The notes beneath the pieces are model-generated. The model was not told where the DNA came from and did not search any database. It worked only from the letters and a program-made list of their open reading frames with translations. 64,000 nucleotides of DNA, from positions 50,282,001-50,346,000 of the forward strand of contig OZ024752.1 of the NCBI GenBank assembly GCA_964016885.1, given 5' to 3'. Made by a program: the position numbers and the translations under genes. Below, in pieces: positions 43,161-57,126 of the stretch (the stretch's first letter is position 1; each line of letters begins with the position of its first letter). The DNA comes from Eledone cirrhosa. Its lineage: Eukaryota.

Positions 43161-43921
43161 ATACCAATATCATCTGTATAGATTATAAAGAGCTGAGGGG
43201 AATTCCACAAATGCAACTCCCAAAGTCTTGTTGGAGACACACAAAGGTTAACCGTATGTAGAAGAATGTGTCGGGACAAGATAGAATTGATACATGAGTG
43301 GTAGGGAGGAGGGGGAGGGGGGAGAGATTGAAAGAGACAGACAGACAGACAGGAAGGAAGGAAGGAAGGAAGGAAGGGGTTGAGAGAGTAAGGGAGATAA
43401 GTGCATAAAAGACATTGAAAAAGTGAGAGAGAAATAGGGGAAGTAAAGAAAGAATGAACATCAGCAGTTAATAGAATGACTGAGCGTGTTTGTGTGTATG
43501 TGTGTGTATATGTGAAGAGAGAGAGAGAGAGAGAGAGAGAATAGCCATAGTAGAGAGAGAAAGATAGACAGACAAACAAATAGACAGAGATGTGTAGTCA
43601 GATAGCAGTCGAATAAATAGATAGGTAAACAAATAAACAGGCAGGTGATTAAATAGAAAGAGAGTGAGAGAGTCATGTTGACAAGCTGACAGTTAGTCAA
43701 TATGACAAGCTGACAGCATGTCAAATAAACAGACAAACAGTCAAATAGACGAAGAGAGAGAGAGAGAGTCGTATTGACAGTTGCTCAAATAAAGAGGAAA
43801 GCAGTCAAATAGGCAGAGCGTGAGAGAGAGAGAAAGAGAGAGAGAAAGAGAGACAGTCAGTCATATTGACAGGCTGACAGCTTGTCAAATAAGCAGAGAG
43901 AGAGCCAGTCATATTGACAGG

Positions 43922-44043
43922 GTGACATATCTTCATGAAGATATGTCACTATCTTAACACCAAATATTATATTTTATCTGATGAAAGCGTACTAAAACAT
44001 TATACCCTTGAAATACGTATAATAAAATAAATATGGTTTTATA
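43922..44043 (+). mobile_element. Family A arm with hammerhead (43970-44029) and 28-bp residual palindrome
   Basis: gtgacatatcttcatgaagatatgtcac, then tattttat CTGATGA aagCgta..tacCctt GAA ATACGTAT A ataaaata. Confidence 0.78.
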
Positions 44044-44044
44044 T

Positions 44045-44730
44045 ATCATCATCATCATCATCATCATCATCGTTTAACGTCCATATTCCACGCTTGCATG
44101 GGTTTGGACGGGAGTTTTCCCACTTGAGGCAAGAGTGTTTGTCTTGCTCGCATAGGACTGTCTGGCGGGTTTTCTATGGCTGGATGCCCTTCCTAACACC
44201 AACCACGTTTACAGTGTGGAACTGGGAGGTTTTTACCGTGTTACCTACACGGCCACATTACAGCGTGGACTCTGTGTTTTGTGGTCATGACACCTACACG
44301 ACTGGCGGGTTTTCTACGGCTGGGTGCCCTTCCTAACACCAACCACATTTACAGTGTGGAACTGGGAGGTTTTTACCGTGTTACCTACATGGCCACATTA
44401 CAGCATGGACTGTGTGTTTTGTGTCGTGACACCTACACGTCTGGCGGGTTTTCTACGGCTGGGTGCCCTTCCCAACACCAACCACATTTACAGTGTGGAA
44501 CTGGGAGGTTTTTACCGTGTTACCTACACGGCCACATTACACCGTGGACTCTGTGTTTTGTGGTCGTGACACCTACACGTCTGGCGGGTTTTCTACAGCT
44601 GGGTGCCCTTCCTAACACCAACCACGTTTACAGTGTGAACTGGGAGGTTTTTACCGTGTTACCTACACGGCCACATTACAGCGTGGACTGTGTGTTTTTT
44701 TGTTGTGACACCTACACGACCTCATTTGTT
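44045..44730 (-). mobile_element. SINE-1-related element with ~140-bp internal unit repeated 4x
   Basis: Units start at ~44161, 44301, 44440 and 44580. Confidence 0.85.
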
Positions 44731-44733
44731 TCA

Positions 44734-44807
<74 letters not shown>

Positions 44808-44901
44808 TATGTGGACGGATATGATTCAGGTTTTACATTTATTGTAGTCCCTGTTTTCAGTGACATGTATTTTTGAACTTTTATGTTTATTTTTTCTTTT
44901 C

Positions 44902-45026
44902 GGCTCCGAAGAGGAGACCATATGAAACTTTTCTTTTTATTGTCACTTACTATTATCGATTTTATAATCGATAATTATCATCTGCATGTGCAGAATACTG
45001 ATATGTTTCCGAAACAATTGTAAGCC
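44902..45026 (+). ncRNA. Hammerhead-like motif with long stem II and CCGAAGA core, in TA-flanked element 44808-45080
   Basis: ggct CCGAAGA ggagac-catat..atat-gtttcc GAA ACAATTGT A agcc. Confidence 0.65.
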
Positions 45027-45077
45027 ATTAAATATATTTGTTCAAGAATTTGGTATTGTTTTTTTTAACATTTAATT

Positions 45078-45114
<37 letters not shown>

Positions 45115-45120
45115 GTTTTT

Positions 45121-45158
<38 letters not shown>

Positions 45159-45301
45159 TTTTTAAAATCCAAATTCAATAAACAGACCAGGATTTTTTCA
45201 TTCTGAGGATTGAAAGCAAAATTTTTTGCTTTTAAGAAACCACTGGTAAATGGAATAATTGCCTTATGTTGTTTATTACATAACTATATATATATATATA
45301 T

Positions 45302-45513
45302 AAAGGATCGATCGACTTTCGTCAAATCGGACTGAGGAAACAATGTTTCCATTGGTCTTTCCAGTTGGTAGTACTAACTATCGGTCATAACTAGAGGTAG
45401 AAGGAGCAACGTGAAATAAAGTACCTTGCTCAAGGAAATAATGCATCGCCTGGGCCAGGAATAGAACTCACAACCTCAACATTGTGAATCCAATTCTCTA
45501 ACCACTCAGCCAT
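45302..45513 (-). mobile_element. tRNA-headed SINE family 3 ending in (TA)n (also 3650-3718 fragment, 54795-55000 rearranged)
   Basis: Reverse complement of 49508-49727. Confidence 0.8.
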
Positions 45514-45519
45514 TGTTGA

Positions 45520-45751
<232 letters not shown>

Positions 45752-45930
45752 TCATCATCATCATCATTTTACGTCCGCTTTTCCCTGCTTATATATATAT
45801 ATATATAAATATAAATATATCATCATTTCATCATCATCATCATCATTAAATATGGACATTAAATAAAAATGATGTTGATGATATATATATATTTATTAAA
45901 ATATCAGATTAAAGTTTAAGCAAAGAATCG

Positions 45931-46050
45931 CAACATACGTTAACCTTGGTCTTCCTCTTCTAGTGTGTCCATGTAGGGGCTCCCAAAGGAGTACTGAGTG
46001 CAATGTCAACTCTGGATGTCGGTGAGCATGTCCAGCTAACCTCAGTCTCC
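45931..46050 (-). mobile_element. RTE-clade LINE fragment
   Basis: [40 protein letters not shown]. Confidence 0.85.
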
Positions 46051-46394
46051 TCTGTGACCCTCCCCAAGTATAACAATATTTGTTTCGACACACGATTTCA
46101 TATAAAAAACCTCGCAAAACTAACTATATATATATATATATCATCAACATCATTTTTATTTAATGTCCATTTTTCCCTGCTAGCAAGAATTAGACTGGTC
46201 AGTATTCAAGTTGAGCCACAGACCTCAGGTGGGCTGGGATTCTGACGTATGAACCTATGTCTTACTAGCTACATCTTTGCTATGGCAGTTGTCGTGTCAT
46301 TGACATGACTGAAGAGTCCTCTTGACCTTTTGTATGGCAAGTTTTCTATGGTTGGATACGTTTCTTATCATCAACCAATTTACAGAGTGAACTG

Positions 46395-46435
<41 letters not shown>

Positions 46436-47397
46436 GCATACACTTACATACACACACACATATATATATATGTGTATACACTTACACATAAATACACACA
46501 CAGATATATATATATATATACACACAAACACAAATACATACAGACATACATACATACAAACATACATACATAAATACCTTACATACATATATATAGATGT
46601 ACATATATACAACAAGCAGATACATACATGATATATATATATATATATTATCAGATAGGATACTATTTTTATCACTCTATAATGTTTATTGTAGATGCAA
46701 AACGAAAAACAAAAATATATATATATATATACATATATCTATAGAAAAAAAGGGGGTTGAAAAATGCTAAATTATTCAGAAATCAATTTTACTCTTATCT
46801 TTATTAGAGAGAAGATATTTATTTATTTTTTCCCTTTCTCTGCTCCACCCCACCCCACAATTGTTTTGTTTTTCATTTTTCATTTTCAATTTTACCCCTT
46901 TTTTTGGAGGGGGGGGGGGTATGTTTTTTAATCTAATTTTTTGTTTGGGGGGGGTAGGGGGAAGGGATGTTATCGACATTTGTGATGTTTGCCTTTTTTA
47001 TAGAATAAAGGGGTTTTTTTTAAATAAAATTCAAAAATAAAAAACATAATGAATCAATTATTTTAATGCCTGAATAAGATAGTTAAGAACTCAGTACTTT
47101 TATTCAATTTTTTCAATAGGAGTAATTATTCGATTTCGGTTATCACTTCCATATTATTTTCTTTTTCTTCTAACTGTGCAGTGAAAAAACAGCATAATGG
47201 CTTTCTATATATAATAGGAAAGAAATGACCTTAAATCTGGGAGTCAAACATTTTTCAAATAAAAACTACAAGCTGAGACCTGTTGACGCTAGACTTGAGA
47301 AATGTGTTTAAAGGTAGTAAAATGTTGGGAATCAATTATTTGTGAAAACCAATGAAGTTACAGTTAACTAGTGTACACTGACTGCCTGGTATAATAA

Positions 47398-47448
<51 letters not shown>

Positions 47449-47449
<1 letters not shown>

Positions 47450-47792
47450 CATCAACATCATCATTTCATTTTACGTCTGCTTTTTCCCTGCTTGCAAGGG
47501 TGGGATGGGAACTGATGCTGGCTTGATTTCTACAGCTGGATGCCCTTCCTAACACCAACCTCATTTACAGTGAGTGCTGGGTGCTTTTTTGCCGTGGCAC
47601 CTCCACGACCACTTTGCAGTAGAATGCTATGGACCCCAGTCCCTATCATCTCATTTCTACAGCTGAGTAAACTGGAGCAATGTGAAATAAAGTGTCTTGC
47701 TCAAGGAAAGAACACATCACCCGGTCTGAGAATTGAACTCACAACCTTTCGATTGCAAGACCAATGCTCTAACCACTAAGCCATGTGCCTCC
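47449..47792 (-). mobile_element. SINE family 1, full length
   Basis: Reverse complement of 4910-5248. Confidence 0.88.
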
Positions 47793-48211
47793 ACATATAT
47801 ATATATATAAAAGCATACACCACACATAAGTTATTAGGGCCACAGAACATGATATTTGATATTGCTACAATAGATAAATGAGCAAATCATGTAAAAACAT
47901 CTGCTCTTTATCCAATAATAATGAAATATGGAATTGGAATTAGATAAGAGTGGGATATCAGAGAATCGTCATTACCTATAGAAGCCCCCAACAACTACAA
48001 GTACTGATAGACAATATAATGTAAAGGTAAAGATTATTTTTAATAAATATCCATTTTTTAATATATATATATATATAGATATATACAGTAAAGGTAAAGA
48101 TTATTTTTAATAAATATCCACTTTTTAATATATATATACAGTCTCTCTTCTTTTTTTAATATATATATATATATATGAGTGTGTGTATATTTATATAAAT
48201 ATATATGTGTA

Positions 48212-48265
<54 letters not shown>

Positions 48266-48303
48266 GAATATTTAATGCTAGCATGGAAGACAGACGTTAA
48301 ATG

Positions 48304-48336
<33 letters not shown>

Positions 48337-48373
48337 TGTACATATGTATGTTTTCATATTTATATATACATAA

Positions 48374-48411
<38 letters not shown>

Positions 48412-48826
48412 TATAAAAAAGAAGAGAGACTGTATCACATATACATCTTTAATTTATAACATCATCCTGTTATGTACATTTTGAAGGCATCAAAATCATA
48501 ATGACTTTAATGATGATGTTGTATGTGTATGTGCATATATACATATATATATATGTATGTGTATATGGAAAAAGGAGTATAATAAGTTGATGATGAGGAG
48601 GATATATGTATGTTTATTTGCATGTATGTAAATGTGACAGTAAGCCTTTGTGTAAGTAGGTGTGAGTGTGTGTGCATGTGTATATCTAGATAGCAGTGTC
48701 TGTGAGTGTTTCTATGTAAGTAAGTGTGTGTGTATGTGTGTCAGGGAGAGTGTATGTGTGCATGGAAGTGAGTGAGTGCATATGTATATGAATGTGTATG
48801 AAGTACGCAAGTGTATGCATATGTGA

Positions 48827-48858
<32 letters not shown>

Positions 48859-48873
48859 CTGGGTGTGTTTTTG

Positions 48874-48929
<56 letters not shown>

Positions 48930-49113
48930 ATGAAATTATTGTGTACAGTGCTCAAGATATATATATGTATATATATATCATCATCATATATATATATATG
49001 TATGTATGTATATATATATGTATGTATGTATATATATATATATCATCATCATCATCCTCGTTTAACGTCCACTTTCCACACTAGCATGGGTTAGACATGT
49101 ATATATATATGTG

Positions 49114-49178
<65 letters not shown>

Positions 49179-49319
49179 ATATATATATGTATATATACAT
49201 GTATATATTTATGTATATATATATATACATATATATTTGTATATATATATGTCTAACCCATGCTAGTGTGGAAAGTGGACGTTAAACGAAGATGATGATG
49301 ATGATGATGATATATATAT

Positions 49320-49353
<34 letters not shown>

Positions 49354-49405
49354 GATGATATATATATATATGATGATGATATATATATATATATATATAC
49401 ATATA

Positions 49406-49451
<46 letters not shown>

Positions 49452-49467
49452 CATATATATATATATA

Positions 49468-49507
<40 letters not shown>

Positions 49508-49725
49508 GGTGAAGGCGTGTGGCTGAGTGGTTAAAGAATTGGATTCGCAATCGTAAGGTTGTGATTTCGATTCCTGGACCAGGCGATGCGTTATGTCCTT
49601 GAGCAAGACACTTTATTTCACGTTGCTCCTTCTACCTGGAGTTGCGACCGATAGATAGTATTAGCAATTGGAAAGACCAACGGAAACATTGTTCCCTCGG
49701 TCCGATTTGACGAAAGTCGATCGTT

Positions 49726-49727
<2 letters not shown>
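49508..49727 (+). mobile_element. SINE family 3, full length
   Basis: tggctgagtggtt A box, gatttcgattcc B-like box, gtccttgagcaagacact core, distinct 3' end then (TA)n. Confidence 0.82.
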
Positions 49728-49761
<34 letters not shown>

Positions 49762-49776
49762 CATATATATATATAA

Positions 49777-49823
<47 letters not shown>

Positions 49824-50930
49824 GTGTGTCCTGTTTCAAGTTATCATTAATGAGATACATATTTCTGTTTAAATTAAAATAAATATTACTGAAATAGTTA
49901 GATTTCAATGAAGTACCAATGAAAAAATGCACAAAAAATCATTATTTCTCACATGTTCATGCATAAATCTTTAAAACATCTATTGAATTCTTCTGGAAGA
50001 TTGATAGAAGCAAACACTCAGTCTATTTGTTTGTCTGTCTTTTGTTGTTGTTGTTTTTACATAAGTTATAGGAGGCAAATATAGTATATTTATTTGTCAA
50101 TAAATATTCAACAAAAATATTAATAAAGAAAGTTTATAACACAGAATAACCATTCCTCAATTGCTTTTATTACCAAACATAAGAGTCAATTAAATCTAGA
50201 AAAGGAGGGGATATTTGCAACAAATATATAGAGAAACTCCTTACAATCATTGAATATATTTAAGCTGGTAAATATAGAAAAATAGGAATATTGTTTTCTA
50301 TTATGAGAAGTTGTATTTATATCAAAATAAACAGAATCTTAATAAAAAAAATATATTTTTTTTAAATTATATTTGCTACGAGTGATCAGATAACTGCAGT
50401 TATTTGGTAAAGCTAGTTATGATTAATTATGATTGATTATGATTGACCCTTTAGTTACCAGCCCAGTCAAAACTGGTTCTGGTTCTATGAAATAAAACTA
50501 CCCATTTTAAAGAGTTTCCAGATTAAAATAAAATCTTCCAGCATAATTGTATATAATAACTTTACATTGTGTTATTATCTAAGTAGGTTGATTGGCAGAA
50601 TTGGTAGAGGGCCGGACGCCATGCTTTGTAGCATAGAGTTACGCCCCTTTACGATCTGAGTTAAAATCCCGCTGAGGTTAACTTTGCCTTTCATCCTTAA
50701 GCGGTCGATAAAATAAAATACCAGTAATGCACTGGGATAAATGCTGGCCTTGTGCCAAAAATAGAAACAATTATCTAAGTAATGAAATAATTAATAGTTT
50801 TAGTAAATCCCTCAAAATTCTTCCTTAATTAAATAACCCTTTAGCATTTAAACCGGCCGTATCTGGCCAGAAATCTCTCACCTCTTTCTGTTCAAACTGG
50901 CTGTAACCAGCCACTTATACTTATATTAAA

Positions 50931-51073
50931 CATGGGCGAAGGTGGTGAGAGCAGACCTCAGATCACTGGAGGAGATGACGAAGGACCGTGACAAGTGGAG
51001 AGATGCTGTGCTGAAGAGGACCTGTCCCACCCTTGCAAGCAGGGAAAAGCAGACATAAAATGATGATGATGAT
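50931..51073 (+). mobile_element. RTE LINE 3' end sharing its tail with SINE family 1
   Basis: [41 protein letters not shown] then (ATG)n. Confidence 0.85.
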
Positions 51074-51286
51074 GGATAAACACTCTAAAATAAACAGCCT
51101 TTTATACTAGAACCAGGGATATTTTCAGATGGTTTTGATATGAAAAGCGTTAACAAATACTGAACATACTCATACTATCTAATCCAGCCTCGACCATCCA
51201 ACCACATCACCACATCCACACCCCTCGTGTTCAACCATCTTTCAGTTAATTATCTGCTTCAAATATATTTCCTATTTTGTTTGCAG

Positions 51287-51450
51287 CTTGTTCAACAGAT
51301 TCTACCTTCACATCATCCCACAAGTCATTTACCCGATTCTCTTTAAAAGTGACAGACGACCATAAACTCCATACAATACATGTAGATGTGAAAAAGTTAA
51401 GAAATGTGTGTGACATCTGGAATATGATTGAACTAATCTGTGTTCCGCAA
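51287..51450 (+). CDS. Candidate internal coding exon, unidentified protein
   Basis: ttttgtttgcag acceptor, open phase-1 frame (A)CSTDSTFTSSHKSFTRFSLKVTDDHKLHTIHVDVKKLRNVCDIWNMIELICVPQ, donor CAA|gttaga; unique sequence. Confidence 0.35.
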
Positions 51451-51599
51451 GTTAGATAATGTAAAACATCACATGAGAGAGAGGGGGAGGGGGGAAGAGG
51501 GGGGGGGTAAAGTTGAAGAATTAATAATATATAAAACAATGAAGAAGAACACATATTGTTTGTAAGAAAGTACACACACCAGTTGTATATATAACAAGA

Positions 51600-52500
51600 A
51601 TGTATGTATATATCCATATGTATATGTGCATGTATGTATATATATGTATATCAGCATGTATGTATATATCCACATGTATATGTGCATGTATGTATATATC
51701 CATATGTATATGTACATGTATGTATATATCCACATGTATATGTGCATGTATGTATATATCCATATGTATATGTGCATGTATGTATATATCCATATGTATA
51801 TGTGCATGTATGTATATATCCACATGTATATGTGCATGTATGTATATATCCATATGTATATGTACATGTATGTATATATCCACATGTATATGTGCATGTA
51901 TGTATATATCCATATGTATATGTACATGTATGTATATATCCACATGTATATGTGCATGTATGTATATATCCATATGTATATGTGCATGTATGTATATATC
52001 CATATGTATATGTGCATGTATGTATATATCCATATGTATATGTGCATGTATGTATATATCCATATGTATATGTGCATGTATGTATATATCCATATGTATA
52101 TGTGCATGTATGTATATATCCATATGTATATGTGCATGTATGTATATATCCATATGTATATGTGCATGTATGTATATATTCATATGTATATGTGCATGTA
52201 TGTATATATCCATATGTATATGTGCATGTATGTATATATCCATATGTATATGTGCATGTATGTATGTATCCACATGTATATGTGCATGTATGTATATATC
52301 CATATGTATATGTGCATGGATGTATATATCCATATGTATATGTGCATGTATGTATGTATATATATGTATATCAGCATGTATGTATATATCCACATGTATA
52401 TGTGCATGTATGTATATATCCATATGTATATGTGCATGTATGTATATATCCATATGTATATGTGCATGTATGTATATATCCATATGTATATGTGCATGCA
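51600..52500. repeat. 30-bp minisatellite catgtatgtatatatccatatgtatatgtg
   Basis: About 30 units. Confidence 0.95.
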
Positions 52501-52574
52501 TATATCTGTTTATTTATGTGCATGTATATATGTGTATGTTCATATGCATATATATATATATATATATGCACATA

Positions 52575-52650
<76 letters not shown>

Positions 52651-52783
52651 GGTGATGAAGAATGAGGAATGGAGGAAGAGATACAATAAGAAATTCACAG
52701 AAATAACTGTGAAATGACAGCACAAAAGAAATCTACAATGAAACTATTGGATGTTTTCAATAACTTGTTGGAATGGATAGAGA

Positions 52784-53483
52784 GATGATGATGGTGATGG
52801 TGGTGATGATGATGATGATGGTGGTGGTGGTGTTGATGATGGTGGTGGTGATGGTGGTGATGATGATGATGGTGGTGGTGGTGATGGTGGTGATGGTGGT
52901 GGTGATGATGGTGATGGTGGTGGTGATGATGATGGTGGTGGTGGTGGTGGTGATGATGATGGTGATGGTGGTGGTGGTGATGATGGTGGTGGTGATGATG
53001 GTGGTGGTGGTGATGATGGTGATGGTGGTGGTGATGATGGTGGTGGTGGTGGTGGTGATGATGATGGTGATGGTGGTGGTGGTGATGGTGGTGATGGTGA
53101 TGATGATGGTGGTGGTGGTGATGGTGATGGTGATGATGATGGTGATGGTGGTGATTGTGATGGTGGTGGTGGTGATGATGATGATGGTGGCGGTGGTGAT
53201 GATGGTGGTGGTGGTGGTGGTGATGATGATAATGATGATAATGATGATGATGGTGATGATGGTGATGATGGTGGTGGTGGTGGTGGTGATGATGATAATG
53301 ATGATAATGATGATAATGATGATGATGGTGATGATGGTGGTGGAGGTGGTGGTGATGATGAGGATGATGGAGGTGGTGATGATGGCAATGGTATTTATGA
53401 AAGTAATAATGTTGACAATTATAATGTTTGATATGATGACACTGTTGATTGCAAAGATGATAATTGCAATGCTGTTAAACATA

Positions 53484-53531
<48 letters not shown>

Positions 53532-53577
53532 GTGGTAGTGATGATTATGATGGTGGTGACGGTGGTAGTGATGGTGA
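52784..53577. repeat. (GAT/GGT)n compound microsatellite
   Basis: Direct reading. Confidence 0.95.
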
Positions 53578-53963
53578 AAAGAAGGAGGAAAGTCTATGAA
53601 TGAAAATTCATTAACAAAATCCTAATGTTATTTATTAATCTAGATAATAAAAAAATAGAGATATCTGTATTTCCAGAATGCATATTTGTTCTAAATGAAA
53701 TTTGTTTTTACATCTGTTTCTTTTATCAAGTAATCCTTCATAATATAAGATCCATTTCTTGCAACAATTCACATTTAAACTTTTATACTTTTAGTTGTTT
53801 AGCATAGAAGATTTTCAAGGAATTTCACTTGATTTAATATCAATTTTAATAAAATATGCTTAAAATTAAAATTTTAATTGGTTTTTTCCATCTCAGAGTA
53901 AATAAACTATTCTATAGAAATTATTATAGGATGCATTGAGTGAGTGAATTATTATAATTTTAT

Positions 53964-54737
53964 TGTACACCATATTTACTGGTAGAACAGTACACTATAT
54001 CTACTGGTAGAACAGTACACCATATCTACTGGTAGAACAGTACACCATATCTACTGGTAGAACAGTACATTATGTCTACTGGTAGAACAGTACACCATAT
54101 CTACTGGTAGAACAGTACACCATATCTACTGGTAGAACAGTACATCATATCTACTGGTAGAACAGTACACCATATCTACTGGTAGAACAGTACACCATAT
54201 CTACTGGTAGAACAGTACATCATATCTACTGGTAGAACAGTACACCATATCTACTGGTAGAACAGTACACCATATCTACTGGTAGAACAGTACATTATGT
54301 CTACTGGTAGAACAGTACACCATATCTACTGGTAGAACAGTACATTATGTCTACTGGTAGAACAGTACACCATATCTACTGGTAGAACAGTACACCATAT
54401 CTACTGGTAGAACAGTACATTATGTCTACTGGTAGAACAGTACACCATATCTACTGGTAGAACAGTACATTATGTCTACTGGTAGAACAGTACACCATAT
54501 CTACTGGTAGAACAGTACACCATATCTACTGGTAGAACAGTACATTATGTCTACTGGTAGAACAGTACACCATATCTACTGGTAGAACAGTACACCATAT
54601 CTACTGGTAGAACAGTACATTATGTCTACTGGTAGAACAGTACACCATATCTACTGGTAGAACAGTACACCATATCTACTGGTAGAACAGTACACCATAT
54701 CTACTGGTAGAACAGTACATTATGTCTACTGGTAGAA
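53964..54737. repeat. 25-bp minisatellite ctactggtagaacagtacaccatat, ~31 units
   Basis: Constant 25-bp period with a few unit variants. Confidence 0.95.
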
Positions 54738-55692
54738 TAACTATGATAAATCATTGTGATACAACACTTATTTATTAATCTTTTTGATATCAAACTCCTA
54801 GCAGAAAGAACAACATTAAATAAAGTGTCTTGCATAATGTTGTATCGCTTGGTCTGGGAATTGAATTCACAACCTCATGATTGCTTAGATTGCTAATCCA
54901 ACTCTCTAACCACCATACCAGGAGTTGCAACCGGTAGATAGTATCAGGAATAGAAAGATCAATAGAAACAATGTCTCCTTGGTCTGATTTGACAAGTTCC
55001 ACCCCTCTTAGTAAATGAATGACATCTGAAATCTTGTCGATTGTTTTCTCTCTGATATCAAACTGCCTGAAACTGTCTCTGGTTCTACAATTTAAAAAAA
55101 TTGCTCGTTTTAAAGTGTTTAAATTCATCTGAAACCTTTCAATCATTGTTTAGCTCATCAAAGTTCTTTTGTCACACATTATGTGACCTCCTTAATGACT
55201 ATCTGTTCTCTTTTGTGCCTCTTCTTCTTTCTGGTCTTCATCTGTTACTTCCATCTTGTCTTAATACAGAATAACATATTAAGAACAGAAAGAAAAGTCT
55301 TTCCATCATTTTTTTATGTAAAAAAAACATTTGTTAAGTTGTACCCCACACACAAACCCAATGAAGAAATTAGTTATTTTACTAAATACCTACAAATTGT
55401 GGTTTATTTTCAAAATGGTTTGAAAATCATAGGCAGTGTTTTGTTTTTTTTCAATAGAAATACAGTAATGAAAGTGTTAAGCTAGATATATAGCTCTATT
55501 TAACCCCAATCTGTCTAGTTTGTATGCACTAATAGAGTGATAGATGATAGGGAGATCAAACCATCCAACTATAAAGGTATTCACTCCAGAAAAACACATA
55601 TTTGCATACACACATATGCAAATATGCAAAACATAAACAAAAGGGATCATAGAAATTGGCAATGAGAAGGGGTTGGAAAGATGTTATGACCT

Positions 55693-55935
55693 CTTAACCC
55701 TTTCATTACCATATTTCTAATAAAAGACACTACATATGATCTTCAAATAACTTTGAAAATAATCAAGAATATGAAGGGATTTCATTTATATGAAGGGATA
55801 TAGTTTATATAACTAACTTTCTCATTATTAAGCTGGTGTTTGGAACATAACTTAATGACGGTTCTCACCTAAGATTATGATGAGAGGTTTTTAAATAAAT
55901 ATAAACACTTTAAAACAGTTTTGCATTTAGTATCA
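55693..55935. mobile_element. Second piggyBac-like MITE family, partial (related 33410-33800, 50445-50830, 55050-55150)
   Basis: TTAACCCTTTC start; shared internal ctggtgtttggaac..aaacactttaaaac. Confidence 0.5.
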
Positions 55936-56087
55936 AAATAGTTGAAGAGGTACGTTCTTTGTGTGTGCATGTAAGTGCATGTGCATGTGTATGTGTGTGT
56001 GCATGTGTGTGGTGTGTAAGTGTGTGTGTGTATGTCCACCACCACCACCAATAGCTTTCTAGGTAGATGCTCATGTTCATTTCTTAA

Positions 56088-56308
56088 CCCTTTAGCATTT
56101 ACATTACTCTATATTTATTATTATATTTCCATGGTAATAGCTTTATCTTATATAATTATCTCACATAATATCAAATCTATGAGATTTTGATATTATCTAT
56201 TTTGAGAACAATACCTTAACATCAGTATGAGTGGCTGGTTACAGCCAGTCTGAACAGAAAGAGGTGAGAGAATTCTGGCCCAATATGGCCAGTTTGAATA
56301 CTAAAGGG
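56088..56308. mobile_element. piggyBac-type MITE (reverse copy of 33510-33731)
   Basis: TTAA target duplication and CCCTTTAG TIRs. Confidence 0.85.
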
Positions 56309-57079
56309 TTAATAAGTGTTTCTACTTTAGGCACAAGGCCAGCAATTACCCAGTGCATTACTGGTACTTTGTTTTATCGACCCCGTAAGGATGAAAGGCA
56401 AAGTCAACCTCGGCGGGATTTGAACTCAGATCGTAAAGGGCCGTAACTATGCTGGAAAGCATGGCGTCCGACCCTCTACCGATACTGCCAATTCACCGCC
56501 AATAAGGCATGTCATTAGTATTTGAATCAATGTTACTGTTTCTTCAAATCTCTTCTTTCTATGTCATTTAATCAGTGCTTTGTATTGAAGTCTTGTATGG
56601 ATATTCTTGAGTGCAACACATCCCAGCTGTATCTCCCGGTGGCTTCAGACAAATATATGATTATAATACAAGTTATTGTGCAGATATTCTGAAATATTAA
56701 CATTTAAAATGGCCTTCTTTTCTTCTTGGTAGCATTATAAATTATTTTCTTAAAGAGTTTTGTTGTTGTTGTGTGTATTTTAAAGGTTGGTCGGTTGGTT
56801 AGTAAGTATTGTTATTGACAATTCAAGTAGTTGCCATAACAATCACTTGCATATTAAATTTCATCTGGTTTTCATTTCAGATTTTATTTTACATTCCAAA
56901 CAAACTGAACAATTCAAAGAATTGGAATATGCAGGCAAAAAAAAAAAAAAAGAATTATAATATTAATTTTTTTCTCATTCGTTCATCCAGAGTGCATCAT
57001 CCATTCTCTCGTCACATGTCCAGACAACTGTGTTAATAATGACATGTGAGGAGAATAGTTGATGGAGACTGTAACAACA

Positions 57080-57126
<47 letters not shown>

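Noticed and set aside
41484-43188. Thr-rich mucin-like and Pro/Ser-rich ORFs
   Set aside because: Simple repeats open in several frames; no supporting splice or flanking coding signal
51469-53603. His-rich, Cys-rich and extensin-like ORFs
   Set aside because: 30-bp and trinucleotide repeats open on both strands
53964-54737. CRISPR-like 25-bp palindromic repeats
   Set aside because: Head-to-tail units with no unique spacers
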